A DNA stretch of 64,000 nt, from positions 95,463 to 159,462 of the forward strand of contig JBBIML010000012.1 of the NCBI GenBank assembly GCA_037444405.1, read 5' to 3'. Source of the DNA: Armatimonadota bacterium. GTDB taxonomy: Bacteria; Armatimonadota; Fimbriimonadia; Fimbriimonadales; GBS-DC. This document shows positions 9,103-18,780 of the stretch, piece after piece; position 1 is the stretch's first letter, and each line of letters begins with the position of its first letter. The notes below the pieces were generated by a model. The model was not told the origin of the DNA. It saw only the letters and a program-made list of their open reading frames with translations, and did no database searches. The position numbers and the translations under genes were made by a program.

Positions 9103-9981
9103 ATGAGACGGCTGAGTCTGAGCGACTGGTGTCGCTATCTGGAGAGCCAGTTTGTGGAGGAGGGTCAAACGCCCGCACCGCAGGAGTCGCCGAGCCAGAG
9201 CGAGACGGCTGCGGTGCAACCTGCTGCTGAGCCGGAACGCCCGCCCGTATCCCTGACGCCACTGCCTCCTGCCCGCGAGGTGGCGAAGCCATCACCTGAA
9301 TGGGCGTCCGCGCCTGTCGCGGCAGTGCCCGCGCGTGAAGCGGCGGAGCCGCTGCCTTCCACCGCTCGCGAAGCTTACGCCGTCATCTCCATTCGCGTGC
9401 CCGACTTTCTGGCGTTTGTGCCGCTGCTGCGTGAGGAGCTGGGTCTGCCCACACCCGAACCTGTTCAGGCGAGCGAACTCGAGCGCGACGCTCAAGCCAC
9501 TGCGGGCGAACCTGAACGGGGCGCTCAAGCCGCTGCGACTCAGCCGCAGGGGAGCCGTGCCCCTCAACCCGTGCGGACCGCTGAGATTGCGCCGCGCCTG
9601 CGCAAACGCCGCGCCCGACAAACTGACCCCGAAGCGCTGATCCCGCCCGAAATGGACGAAATCTGGGCGAAACTGCCCCGCTACCTGCGCTACCTGTCGG
9701 AGTGGACAGACGACAGCGTGACGGACAAGTATTATCCTGTGCGGGGTCGCGAGAGTCGCGAGGAGCTGATCGCCCGCCTGACGGATCCCGTGCTGACGCT
9801 GGAGGAGGTCGCCCGCCTGCTGGGGGTCTGCCCCGCGACGGTGCGCCGCTACACCAATCGCGGCTGGCTGCGCCACTTCCGCACCGAAGGCAACCAGCGA
9901 CGGTTTCGACTCTCCGATGTGGTGGCGTTTCTGGAGGAGCAGATGAAGCGCGTGCCGCGTGGCAGTCGTGTCCGACGCTGA
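9103..9981 (+). CDS. Protein with Pro/Ala-rich N-terminus and C-terminal excisionase/BldC-type HTH
   Basis: LTLEEVARLLGVCPATVRRYTNRGWL..RTEGNQRRFRLSDV. Confidence 0.8.
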   Translation: MRRLSLSDWCRYLESQFVEEGQTPAPQESPSQSETAAVQPAAEPERPPVSLTPLPPAREVAKPSPEWASAPVAAVPAREAAEPLPSTAREAYAVISIRVPDFLAFVPLLREELGLPTPEPVQASELERDAQATAGEPERGAQAAATQPQGSRAPQPVRTAEIAPRLRKRRARQTDPEALIPPEMDEIWAKLPRYLRYLSEWTDDSVTDKYYPVRGRESREELIARLTDPVLTLEEVARLLGVCPATVRRYTNRGWLRHFRTEGNQRRFRLSDVVAFLEEQMKRVPRGSRVRR

Positions 9982-10004
9982 GCCGCGCCGCAAGGAGACC
10001 CGCC

Positions 10005-11180
10005 GTGAAAATCGCCCTCTTCTCGGAGAGCTACCTGCCCTACCTGAACGGGGTCAGCATCTCCATTCGCATCTTGCGGGACGAACTGCAGCGGCGCGGG
10101 CACGAGGTGTGGGTCTACGCGCCGCGCTTTCGGAACCACACCGACGACTCGCCGTATGTACGCCGATTCCCCGCCTTCTACACGCCGTTCGAACCCGACT
10201 ACCCGATTGGCTGGCTCTACGCGCCGCGCCTGTGGCGCGAATGGCGTCAGCAGGGGTTCGATATCGTGCATACGCACACGCCCTTCTTTGTGGGCATGGC
10301 GGGCGCCAGCTGGGCACGACGCACCCGCACGCCCCTGGTCAGCACCTTCCACACGCTGTATGAGGAGTATCTGCACTATGTGCCCTCGATAGTGCCACGC
10401 GGACTGATACGGCGCGTGTTGCGCTGGCATCTGCGTCGCTACTATGAGGGCGTGGACGCGATTATCACGCCATCGGAAGTCGGCGCGGCAGTGCTGCGTC
10501 GATACGGGGTGCGCAAGCCCATCACGCCCATTCGCAACCCTGTGCTGCCGTTCCCCGACCTCAGCAAAGAGCAGGCACGCGCCACGCTGGGCATCCCGAA
10601 CGAGGTCTGGATGCTGCTCTATGTGGGGCGCATGGCGCCTGAAAAGAATGTGCATGTGCTGTTGCAGGCGATGCCGCAGGTCGTGCGCGAGTGCCCGAAC
10701 GCTCACCTGTGGCTGGTTGGACCGGGACCCTCGCTCGAATCGCTTCAGCAGCAAGCCGAATCGCTCAGCATCAGCGACCATGTGCAGTTCACGGGACCGG
10801 TGCCGCGCGAGCAAGTGTCGCTCTATATGCTCGCCGCCGATCTGTTTACCTTTCCATCGGTCACGGAGTCGCAGGGGCTGGTGCTGGACGAGGCGCAGGC
10901 GGCGGGTCTGCCCTGCATCGTGGCGAACGGGGGCGGCGCGCCCGAAGCTGTTGAGTACGGCAAGTGCGGGCTTATCGTGGAGCCGACGCCGCAGGCGTTC
11001 GTTGAGGCGATTCTGCGCCTCACCCGCGATTCACACGAGCGCGACCGCCTGCGTCAGGCAGGTCTGCACAAGCGCGAAACGCTCTCCGTGCCTGCGGTGG
11101 TGGATCGCATCCTGAAAGTTTACGAGCAGGCGCGTGCGAACAGGCTCCCCGCCGCCGCAATTGACGCTTCTCGTGCCTGA
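10005..11180 (+). CDS. GT4 glycosyltransferase (diacylglycerol glucosyltransferase-like)
   Basis: KIALFSESYLPYLNGV, HTHTPF, YVGRMAPEKN, ESQGLVLDEA; SD AAGGAG before GTG 10005. Confidence 0.9.
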   Translation: MKIALFSESYLPYLNGVSISIRILRDELQRRGHEVWVYAPRFRNHTDDSPYVRRFPAFYTPFEPDYPIGWLYAPRLWREWRQQGFDIVHTHTPFFVGMAGASWARRTRTPLVSTFHTLYEEYLHYVPSIVPRGLIRRVLRWHLRRYYEGVDAIITPSEVGAAVLRRYGVRKPITPIRNPVLPFPDLSKEQARATLGIPNEVWMLLYVGRMAPEKNVHVLLQAMPQVVRECPNAHLWLVGPGPSLESLQQQAESLSISDHVQFTGPVPREQVSLYMLAADLFTFPSVTESQGLVLDEAQAAGLPCIVANGGGAPEAVEYGKCGLIVEPTPQAFVEAILRLTRDSHERDRLRQAGLHKRETLSVPAVVDRILKVYEQARANRLPAAAIDASRA

Positions 11181-11280
11181 AAGGGGCGCAGAAGCTCTAT
11201 TACCGCCAGCAATGGTGGGCGCATGGTCTTTCTATCCCTCACTACTGAGTGTGCGGAATAGCAAATGAGATAAGAAGTCT

Positions 11281-13355
11281 CTAACAACCACTTCCAAAGT
11301 TGAGTAAAACAGTTAGTAGATCGGCATCATCAATAAATCCGTCCATATTGAGGTCAGCCAATCCCCCTTCCTGACCAAAGGTCAACAGCACTTGAAGCAG
11401 ATCAGCATCATCCACGCAACCATCACCGTTCACATCGCCTTGCTGCCAGAACGGATTGCGCGCCACCACAACTGCTCCATCCAATCGTCCATAGGCGAAA
11501 AACTGACCATTCGACGAGAACTGGATAGAATTTATACCCCCTCAACCTCTTCTGTGTATCGTCTTAGCAGGATCCCATCACTCACATCCCACAGCCAGAT
11601 GTAGTTGCCTGCGGCAATGATTCGGCGTCCTTCAGGAGAGAAATCAACAGATTTAAAAGATTCTGTTATGCCTATGCCTGCACTGAATGTGTTTATCAAA
11701 GCTCCATCATCAATTCGCCACAGGCGAACTGTGCCATCGCCGCTTCCGGACGCCAGCAGTTGCCCATCGGGAGAAAAGGCGACCGATTCAACTGGACCTC
11801 CATGTCCGACGAAAACATCTGCCAATTCTCCGTCTGGCACGCGCCACAAGCTGATCATATATTCATAGTAAGAGCTACCTGCTGCCAGCCACTGTCCATC
11901 AGGTGAAAAGGCGACGGAAAGAACTCTGGTTGTGTGCCAGAAGAGTGTATTTGCAAGGAAACCGTCGGCGACACGCCACAGGCGAATTGTGCGATCTTCT
12001 CCTGCAGATGCCAGCAGCTGCCCATCAGGGGAAAAAGCCACCGAAAAAGCCGCACTGATATGTCCTACGAGTGTGCGCATCAGTAAGCCGTCAGAAACGC
12101 GCCATAGGCGAATAAAATAGTCATCGCCGGCAGCGGCAAGCAGTTGACCATCTGGTGAGAAAGCAATGGAATAGACTCTCACTGGGGTAGTCCAGCTGGA
12201 GATAAGGGCACCATCTGAAGCACGCCATATTCGTATGGTCCGATCGGGGCTTCCTGAGGCGATGAGCTGCCCAGTTGGTGAAATGGCTATTGAGCTGACC
12301 GCGTCTGTGTGTCCGCTAAAAGCACGCATCAGAGTGCCGTCCGATACGCGCCACAAGCATGGGGTGCCGCCACCAGAAGCCAGCAACTGTCCATCGGGAG
12401 AAAAAACAACAGCGCGAAAATCAAAGGGATTACTGGATGTAATCCGCAGGACAGGGGTGCCGTCCGCTACACGCCAGAGCCGAATCGTGCGATCACTGCT
12501 GCCAGAAGCCAGCAATTGCCCGTCGGGAGAGAACGCAACCGTATTAACAGGGAATGCATGTGCGGTGATTGTGTTGATCAGACTGCCATCCGCAACACGC
12601 CACAGACGAATCGTGCGATCACCACCCCCCGATGCCAGCCACTGTCCATCCGGCGAAAAGGCGACCGCATACACGCTGGAAGTATGTCCTGTAAGCGTTC
12701 GAATCGGCGCACCGTCAGAAACGCGCCATAAACGAATGGTCCCATCTTCGCCTGCCGAAGCCACCAGTTGCCCATCGGGAGAAAAGGCAACACTGTAAAC
12801 CGCGGCGGAATGCCCCGTAAGATTGAGCACCTGTGCGCCATCCGAAACGCGCCAGAGACGAAGGGTTCGATCGGCTCCTCCAGAAACTAACAGCTGTCCG
12901 TCGGGTGAAAACCCAGCGGTGTAGACCCCCGCCGTATGCCCTCTAAAGATACCCACCTGTGCGCCATCGGCAAATCGCCACAGGCGAATGTTCGTGTCTT
13001 CACCGGCCGATGCCAGCAATTGTCCATCGGGTGAGAAGGCAACGGTAGAGAGCGCTCTGCTGGATGCTCTAAGGGTGTGACGCGGCGCACCATTTGCCGC
13101 ACGCCAGGTCTTCAGCTTACCGTAACGATCCACTGTTGCAAGCCACTGACCATCGGGGGAGAGAGCGATGGCGGTGCTACCCGTTTCACCGCTTGCCAGC
13201 CAGACAATATCGGGTCTCCCCTGAGCAAGCCCCCCCAAGGGTAAGCAGGCAAGCGTAGCGAGGCAGACAATTCGCACTGCTTGTCGAAGAGCGTGCGAAT
13301 ATTCTAAACATGCCGTCAACAGCGCAACCCGTCTAGCCACGCAACCCGTTTGCAT
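11281..13355 (-). pseudogene. Secreted WD40-repeat protein with dockerin-like C-terminus, split by a +1 frameshift in a G5 run (11537-11541)
   Basis: About 14 WD40 repeats (GH...V.SVAFSPDGQLLAS...D.TIRLW); removing one G joins the 607-aa ORF to the 11281-11484 dockerin ORF, matching the paralogue. Confidence 0.85.
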
Positions 13356-13403
13356 CGGTCATGTCCTCCTCACAGCGATCCTCAATTGCTTCATGCATCT
13401 ATC

Positions 13404-15500
13404 TCAGCACCCCTCACTGAAATGGAACAGTACGGTAAGCAGGTCCACATCGTCCACGCGCCCATCGTTATTTAAATCGGCACTACCACCCCCCTCACTA
13501 CCAAACGATTGGAGCACCTGAATCAGGTCAGCATCATCCACGCAACCATTTCCGTTCACATCACCCGGTTGCCAGAAGGGGTTTCGTGCCAGTGCCACCG
13601 TTGCATCCCAGCGGGCATAGCTGAAAAGCTGTCCACTGGGTGAGAATTGAATCGAACTCACATCTCTGTCGGTCTCCTCATCGTAGGTCTGCAAAAGCAC
13701 TCCATCGGACACACGCCATATTTTAATTTCCCCTACGTATCGTGAACCGTTCCAGTAGTTGCCAGCGGAGGCAAACCGCTGCCCATCAGGAAGAAAGACC
13801 ACCGCACTGATCAGAAACTCGTGCGCAGGGAGTGCGTACAACAGGCTGCCATCAGAGACGCGCCATACGCGAACTGTACGGTCGCTGTAACTTCTTGCTC
13901 CAGAGAGAAGCAGCTGCCCATCAGGTGAGAAAGTAAGAGAGCCGACACTGCCTGTATGTCCTACCAGAGTGCGCAGGAGAGCGCCAGTGGCTGTGTGCCA
14001 TATCCAGATTGTACCGTTCTGACCACCTGACGCCACCAGCTGTCCATCTGGTGATAGAGCAGCGGCAAATATCTGCTCCGGGTGGGTCAGGGTTCGGACC
14101 AAAACACCATCCGCAACTCTCCAGAGGCGTATTGACCAATCCCCCGCCGAGAGGAGAAACTGACCATCGGGTGAAAAGATTACCGAACGAACCCCGGTCT
14201 CGTGCGCCATGAGTGTATAGAGCAAGGAACCATCGCTTACGCGCCATAAGCGAACGACTCTATCCTCGCCGCCTGTAGCCAGAAATTGATCGTCAGGCGA
14301 AAACGCCAGAGTATTGAGATATAAATGATGAGCCAAAATGAAGCGCAGCGGCTGTGAATCGAACACTCGCCATATCCAGACAATCCCATCCGCACCCCCA
14401 GATGCCAGCAACCGTCCATCATGAGAGATAGCAACCATTCTGACCGAGCTCACATGCCCCGTGAAGATTCGCACCTGTCTGCCCGCACGTATATCCCACA
14501 AGCGAGCTGTCTGATCGGAGCTTCCCGAAAGAAGCCTCTCTCCATCGGGTGAAAAACTGAGAGAGGAGATAAGCCCGCTGTGTCCTACAAATCGGAGTAC
14601 GCGTTCACCATCCGAGACGCGCCATATCAGAATTTTCCGATCCTCGCTCCCGGAAGCCAGTAGCTGACCATCCGGAGAGAAGGCAACGGAGTAAGCTGGG
14701 CGCGCATGCCCCGTTAGTAACCTGACCTGCGCCCCATCTTCCATGCGCCAGAGCCGAACCGTGAAGTCTTCACCAGCAGACGCAATCAGTTGCCCATCAG
14801 GGGCGACAGCAACCGCATATACGCTCCCTGTGTGTCCCGTCAAAGTGCGCATCAATCGTCCATCCGAAACGCGCCATATGCGAACCGTCGAGTCCCAGCT
14901 GCAAGAGACCAGCCACTGCCCATCGGGCGCGAATGTAACGGCGTTAACAGCACCTGTGTGCCCCGCAAGGGTACGAACGCGCTGCCCGTTCGAAACACGC
15001 CATAACTGTATAAGCTGATCACCGCTACCCGAAGCAATCAATTGCCCATTCGGTGAAAAAGCGACCGCATTAATATATACTGACTGTGCGTACTGAATCG
15101 TGCGTATAAGCGCGCCATCCACTACGCGCCAGAGCCGAATCGTACCATCCTCACCCCCAGAAACCAGCAGCTGCCCATCAGGTGAAAAGGCAATAGAGCG
15201 TACACCAGCTGTATGCCCCACCAGACTCCGGATCAGCACCCCATCAGCAATACGCCAGAGCTTTATTGTCCCGTCATTCGTGCCACCAGCCGAAGCAGCG
15301 ATCGCCCCATCAGGTGAAAACGCAACAGCATTTACTATATCGGTATGACCACCCCGCATCCAGGCAATATCAGGCGTTCTTTGTGCAAGGACAGGAGCAG
15401 GTATTTGCCCGATTAGCAGGGATAGGGTAGCCCCCACGAACAATTTGCGACCCCTGACGAACCCCTCTCCTGTTATTGCCTGCCAGCTCCTGCTTTGTAT
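13404..15500 (-). CDS. Secreted WD40-repeat protein with dockerin-like C-terminus; start may be ATA 15500 (or TTG 15443)
   Basis: WD40 repeats, signal peptide ending VLAQ, tail GDVNGNGCVDDADL...EGC. Confidence 0.88.
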   Translation of the reverse strand: MQSRSWQAITGEGFVRGRKLFVGATLSLLIGQIPAPVLAQRTPDIAWMRGGHTDIVNAVAFSPDGAIAASAGGTNDGTIKLWRIADGVLIRSLVGHTAGVRSIAFSPDGQLLVSGGEDGTIRLWRVVDGALIRTIQYAQSVYINAVAFSPNGQLIASGSGDQLIQLWRVSNGQRVRTLAGHTGAVNAVTFAPDGQWLVSCSWDSTVRIWRVSDGRLMRTLTGHTGSVYAVAVAPDGQLIASAGEDFTVRLWRMEDGAQVRLLTGHARPAYSVAFSPDGQLLASGSEDRKILIWRVSDGERVLRFVGHSGLISSLSFSPDGERLLSGSSDQTARLWDIRAGRQVRIFTGHVSSVRMVAISHDGRLLASGGADGIVWIWRVFDSQPLRFILAHHLYLNTLAFSPDDQFLATGGEDRVVRLWRVSDGSLLYTLMAHETGVRSVIFSPDGQFLLSAGDWSIRLWRVADGVLVRTLTHPEQIFAAALSPDGQLVASGGQNGTIWIWHTATGALLRTLVGHTGSVGSLTFSPDGQLLLSGARSYSDRTVRVWRVSDGSLLYALPAHEFLISAVVFLPDGQRFASAGNYWNGSRYVGEIKIWRVSDGVLLQTYDEETDRDVSSIQFSPSGQLFSYARWDATVALARNPFWQPGDVNGNGCVDDADLIQVLQSFGSEGGGSADLNNDGRVDDVDLLTVLFHFSEGC

Positions 15501-15623
15501 TCGCTTTCAACCTCCTGCCCGATGATTCCCGTGTGAATGGCTAAGGAATTATACCCCTCATAACCGCTGATTCCTGCATCGAGAAGGAACGGTCACGCAA
15601 CATGCTCAGAGGCATATCAGGAT

Positions 15624-16925
15624 TTACTTCGCCAGGCGCAGGATGGCTTCGGCGAGGCGGGTCGGGTCGTGGCGCACGAAGTCGCTCTCGCTGATAAAAT
15701 CGCCCGTGACCACCCTGTAGCCCATCGCGCGGATGCGGTCCACATCGGGCACGACCATCTCCTGCCCGCTGGCGCGATACCGCTCCAGCATTTCGGGGCT
15801 GGGCATGCGCGTGTTGACCAGCACATAATCAAACACGCGCCGACCCACATGCGCCTCGATCGCCCGCACATGGTCGGATGCCGTGAAGTTGTCGGTCTCG
15901 CCGGGCTGGGTCATCACATTGCACACATAGATGCGGATGGCGTCGGTCGCCTGCAGGGCGTCGGCAATCGCGGGCACGAGCAGGTTCGGAATGACGCTGG
16001 TGAAGAGGCTTCCTGGACCCAGCACCACCACATCCGCCTGGCGGATGGCTTCGACGGCTTCAGGCGGCGCGGGCGGGTCCGGCGGCTTCAGATGCATGCG
16101 ACGGATGCGCGCAGGATAGGCGACAATCGCCGTCTCACCCTCCACGCAGGTGCCGTCCTCCATCTCGGCGAGCAGGTTCACATGGCTGAGCGTGGAGGGC
16201 AGCACGCGCCCGCGAATCGCCAGCACCTTGCTCATCTCGCGCACCGCCTGCTCAAAATCGCCCGTGATTTGCGTCATCGCGGCAATCAGGAGGTTGCCCA
16301 CCGAGTGCCCGCCCAGCGTGCCCGATTCGGAGCGGAACCGATGCTGGAGCAGGGCGGTCATCGCGCCTTCAGCGTCGGCTAAGGCAATCAGGCAGTTGCG
16401 GATGTCACCGGGTGGCAGAATGCCCAGCTCCTGGCGCAGGCGCCCCGACGAGCCGCCGTCGTCGGTCACCGTCACAATCGCCACGATGTTGGCGGTGTAG
16501 CGTTTGATGCCGCGCAGCATGGTGGACAGTCCCGTGCCGCCACCGATCACCACCACGCGCTTACCATGCGCCATCAGCACATAGCGGGACAGCACATCCC
16601 ACACGCGCCCGCTCACGCGCGGCTGCAAAATGTTCACCAGCGTGCGCCATGCGCGGCGTAGCCCCCACCACCAGAGCATGCCGCCAGCCGCTATCAGCGC
16701 CGTCCCAATCGCGATTCGGGCGACCTGCACGCCCTGCGCGGTGCTCAACCGATCGCGCAAAAAGGCATCCAGGGTGCTGTAAGCCGTCTCCAGCCAGCGC
16801 GATGGCTGACCCATCAACAGCACATAGACGCCCAGCAATGCCACCAGCACGCCGACGCTGGAGAGCAGTAGCCAGCGCTTCACCCGAATACCTGGCAGCA
16901 GCCACCGCAGGCGCTCGTTGGGCAT
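15624..16925 (-). CDS. yvcK: YvcK/GlmR (UPF0052) family protein with N-terminal membrane segments
   Basis: [54 protein letters not shown]. Confidence 0.93.
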   Translation of the reverse strand: MPNERLRWLLPGIRVKRWLLLSSVGVLVALLGVYVLLMGQPSRWLETAYSTLDAFLRDRLSTAQGVQVARIAIGTALIAAGGMLWWWGLRRAWRTLVNILQPRVSGRVWDVLSRYVLMAHGKRVVVIGGGTGLSTMLRGIKRYTANIVAIVTVTDDGGSSGRLRQELGILPPGDIRNCLIALADAEGAMTALLQHRFRSESGTLGGHSVGNLLIAAMTQITGDFEQAVREMSKVLAIRGRVLPSTLSHVNLLAEMEDGTCVEGETAIVAYPARIRRMHLKPPDPPAPPEAVEAIRQADVVVLGPGSLFTSVIPNLLVPAIADALQATDAIRIYVCNVMTQPGETDNFTASDHVRAIEAHVGRRVFDYVLVNTRMPSPEMLERYRASGQEMVVPDVDRIRAMGYRVVTGDFISESDFVRHDPTRLAEAILRLAK

Positions 16926-16926
16926 C

Positions 16927-17799
16927 TCACTCCTCACCTCGCTCGATATCGCGATGCTCCACGCTCACGCGGTAGCCCTGCCGCTCGAACCACTTCTGCA
17001 GGGTGTCCACCAGCACCACGGAGCGGTGTCGCCCGCCTGTGCAGCCGATGCCTATCGTCAGATAAGCCTTGCCCTCCTGCTCATACTGGGGCAGCAGGTG
17101 CTTCAGGAAGCGTTTCAGCTGCCTTATGAATCGCCGGGTTTGCGCGTCGCTCAGCACATAGTCGCAGACGGCGGGGTCGGTGCCGGGGCGAGGTTGCAGT
17201 TCGGGCACATAGTGCGGGTTGGGCAGGAAGCGCACATCGAACACGAGGTCGGCGTCGGCTGGAATGCCGTATTTGTAGCCGAAGGAGATGAGCCGGATGC
17301 GCAGCGGGGCGTGGTCGCCCACCTCGCGATAGAGGGCGCGAATGGCACTGCGCAGCTCCTGCGGGCGGAAGAGGGTGGTGTCCAGCACGCGGTCGGCTAT
17401 CGCGCGCAGGGGCGCCAGCAGCGCGCGCTCGCGCTCGATGGCGTCCGTGAGCGCCGTCTGCTGCTGGGCGAGCGGGTGCGGGCGGCGCGTCTCCTTGAAA
17501 CGGCGCAGCAGCACCTCGTCCGCGCAGTCCAGAAACAGCACCTCGATGGGGCAACAGCCGGCACGCCACTGCTCGATGCGGGCTGCCGCCTCGTCGAGCG
17601 GTTCACCCGCGCGCGTGTCGATGACCACCGCGACGCGCTGACCTTCGTCCACCCGCGCCTTCAGCGAGCCAAGCAGCGAGGGCAGCAGGTTATCGATGCA
17701 CAGGTAGCCGATGTCTTCGAGGGTCTGCAGGGCGAGCGTTTTGCCCGCGCCCGACACACCTGTCAACACAATCCATCGCCCCCGACCCTTCTTCGCCAT
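16927..17799 (-). CDS. rapZ: RNase adapter / P-loop NTPase RapZ (YvcJ)
   Basis: TGVSGAGKT, RRFKETRRPHPL, SFGYKYG, DVRFLPNP, IGCTGGRHRSV. Confidence 0.95.
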   Translation of the reverse strand: MAKKGRGRWIVLTGVSGAGKTLALQTLEDIGYLCIDNLLPSLLGSLKARVDEGQRVAVVIDTRAGEPLDEAAARIEQWRAGCCPIEVLFLDCADEVLLRRFKETRRPHPLAQQQTALTDAIERERALLAPLRAIADRVLDTTLFRPQELRSAIRALYREVGDHAPLRIRLISFGYKYGIPADADLVFDVRFLPNPHYVPELQPRPGTDPAVCDYVLSDAQTRRFIRQLKRFLKHLLPQYEQEGKAYLTIGIGCTGGRHRSVVLVDTLQKWFERQGYRVSVEHRDIERGEE

Positions 17800-17806
17800 C
17801 CGCGTC

Positions 17807-18304
17807 TCATCTCCTGCTGGGCGCCAGCACCAGTATTGCAAGCATACCCTGAATCAGCCCCACGAGGGTACCCTCCACCACGGCTGCTGCCGGGTTGCCC
17901 ACCAGATAGCCTGCCAGCGCCAGCCCGCCCAGCTGGGTAAGCAGCCACATCAGCAGGATGCCCCCCACAACCGCAATCGCCATCAGCGCGGCGCGTCGCG
18001 CCCGCCGCCCAAACAGCGCCGCTGCACCCGTCAGCAGCGCGACGGGCAGGCTCAACAGCGCGCTCACGCCCAGCGACTCCTGCCAGTACGGGCTGGGCTG
18101 CACATCGAGCGCCAGCACCACGCGCTCGCCCCAGCTGTAGGGCGGCTCGCGGTCAACCGCCTCAGTTCCGTACCGCGACTCCAGTCGATTCTCCAGCCAC
18201 TGACGCAGCTGATCCAGTCCCCACAACACCCCGAAGTGCGCCGCCGTCAGCAGCCCATATAATCCCAGCCAGAGCGCGAACGCTCGCAGAAAACGCGCTA
18301 TCAT
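17807..18304 (-). CDS. Hypothetical membrane protein
   Basis: Several hydrophobic segments; tightly packed between the yvlD-like gene and rapZ. Confidence 0.7.
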   Translation of the reverse strand: MIARFLRAFALWLGLYGLLTAAHFGVLWGLDQLRQWLENRLESRYGTEAVDREPPYSWGERVVLALDVQPSPYWQESLGVSALLSLPVALLTGAAALFGRRARRAALMAIAVVGGILLMWLLTQLGGLALAGYLVGNPAAAVVEGTLVGLIQGMLAILVLAPSRR

Positions 18305-18311
18305 AACCGGC

Positions 18312-18686
18312 TTATGAACGGCTTTCCTCCTCCTTCAGCAGCCCACTCAGCAGCCCGTGAATGACGCCCAGCACCACCGAGCCGTAAAGCGCCGCCCAGA
18401 AGTTGCCCACGCGAAAGCCCAGCGGCGCAATCGCGAACACAATCCAGAACAGCAAAGCGTTCGCAATCAGTCCCGCGATGCCCAGCGTGAGACAGTTGAG
18501 CGGCAACAGTGCCAGCCGCATGACGGGGCGAACCAGCGCGTTCACCAGCCCCAGAACCAACGCCATAACCGCCACATCGACCCAGTTCGAGCTAGGCTTC
18601 ATATCCAGCCCCAGCGCCTGCCCGCTCCAGAAGGTCAGATAGAGCGCCAGCGCGAAAACGACCCACTTCCCAACGAACCGCGCCAT
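18312..18686 (-). CDS. YvlD/DUF360 ('phage holin family') membrane protein
   Basis: ALVLGLVNALVRP...LPLNCLTLG...NALLF, GFRVGNFWAALYGS; ATG 7 nt after TATACT. Confidence 0.85.
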   Translation of the reverse strand: MARFVGKWVVFALALYLTFWSGQALGLDMKPSSNWVDVAVMALVLGLVNALVRPVMRLALLPLNCLTLGIAGLIANALLFWIVFAIAPLGFRVGNFWAALYGSVVLGVIHGLLSGLLKEEESRS

Positions 18687-18780
18687 TAGCAGAAGTATAC
18701 CCCGCACGAATCCCTGTCCAGCAGGATTCTCGGTGCTGTGCGCGTATTCCCCTATTGCTCGCATCGCCCGAAAGAGGGCT

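Noticed and set aside
11532..15443. WD40 nucleotide repeats as a DGR or tandem array
   Set aside because: Repeats diverge at synonymous sites like ordinary protein repeats; no reverse transcriptase or adenine-specific variation seen
9103..18686. Prophage suggested by the excisionase-type HTH and the 'phage holin family' gene
   Set aside because: Both families are common chromosomal genes; no integrase, terminase or structural genes
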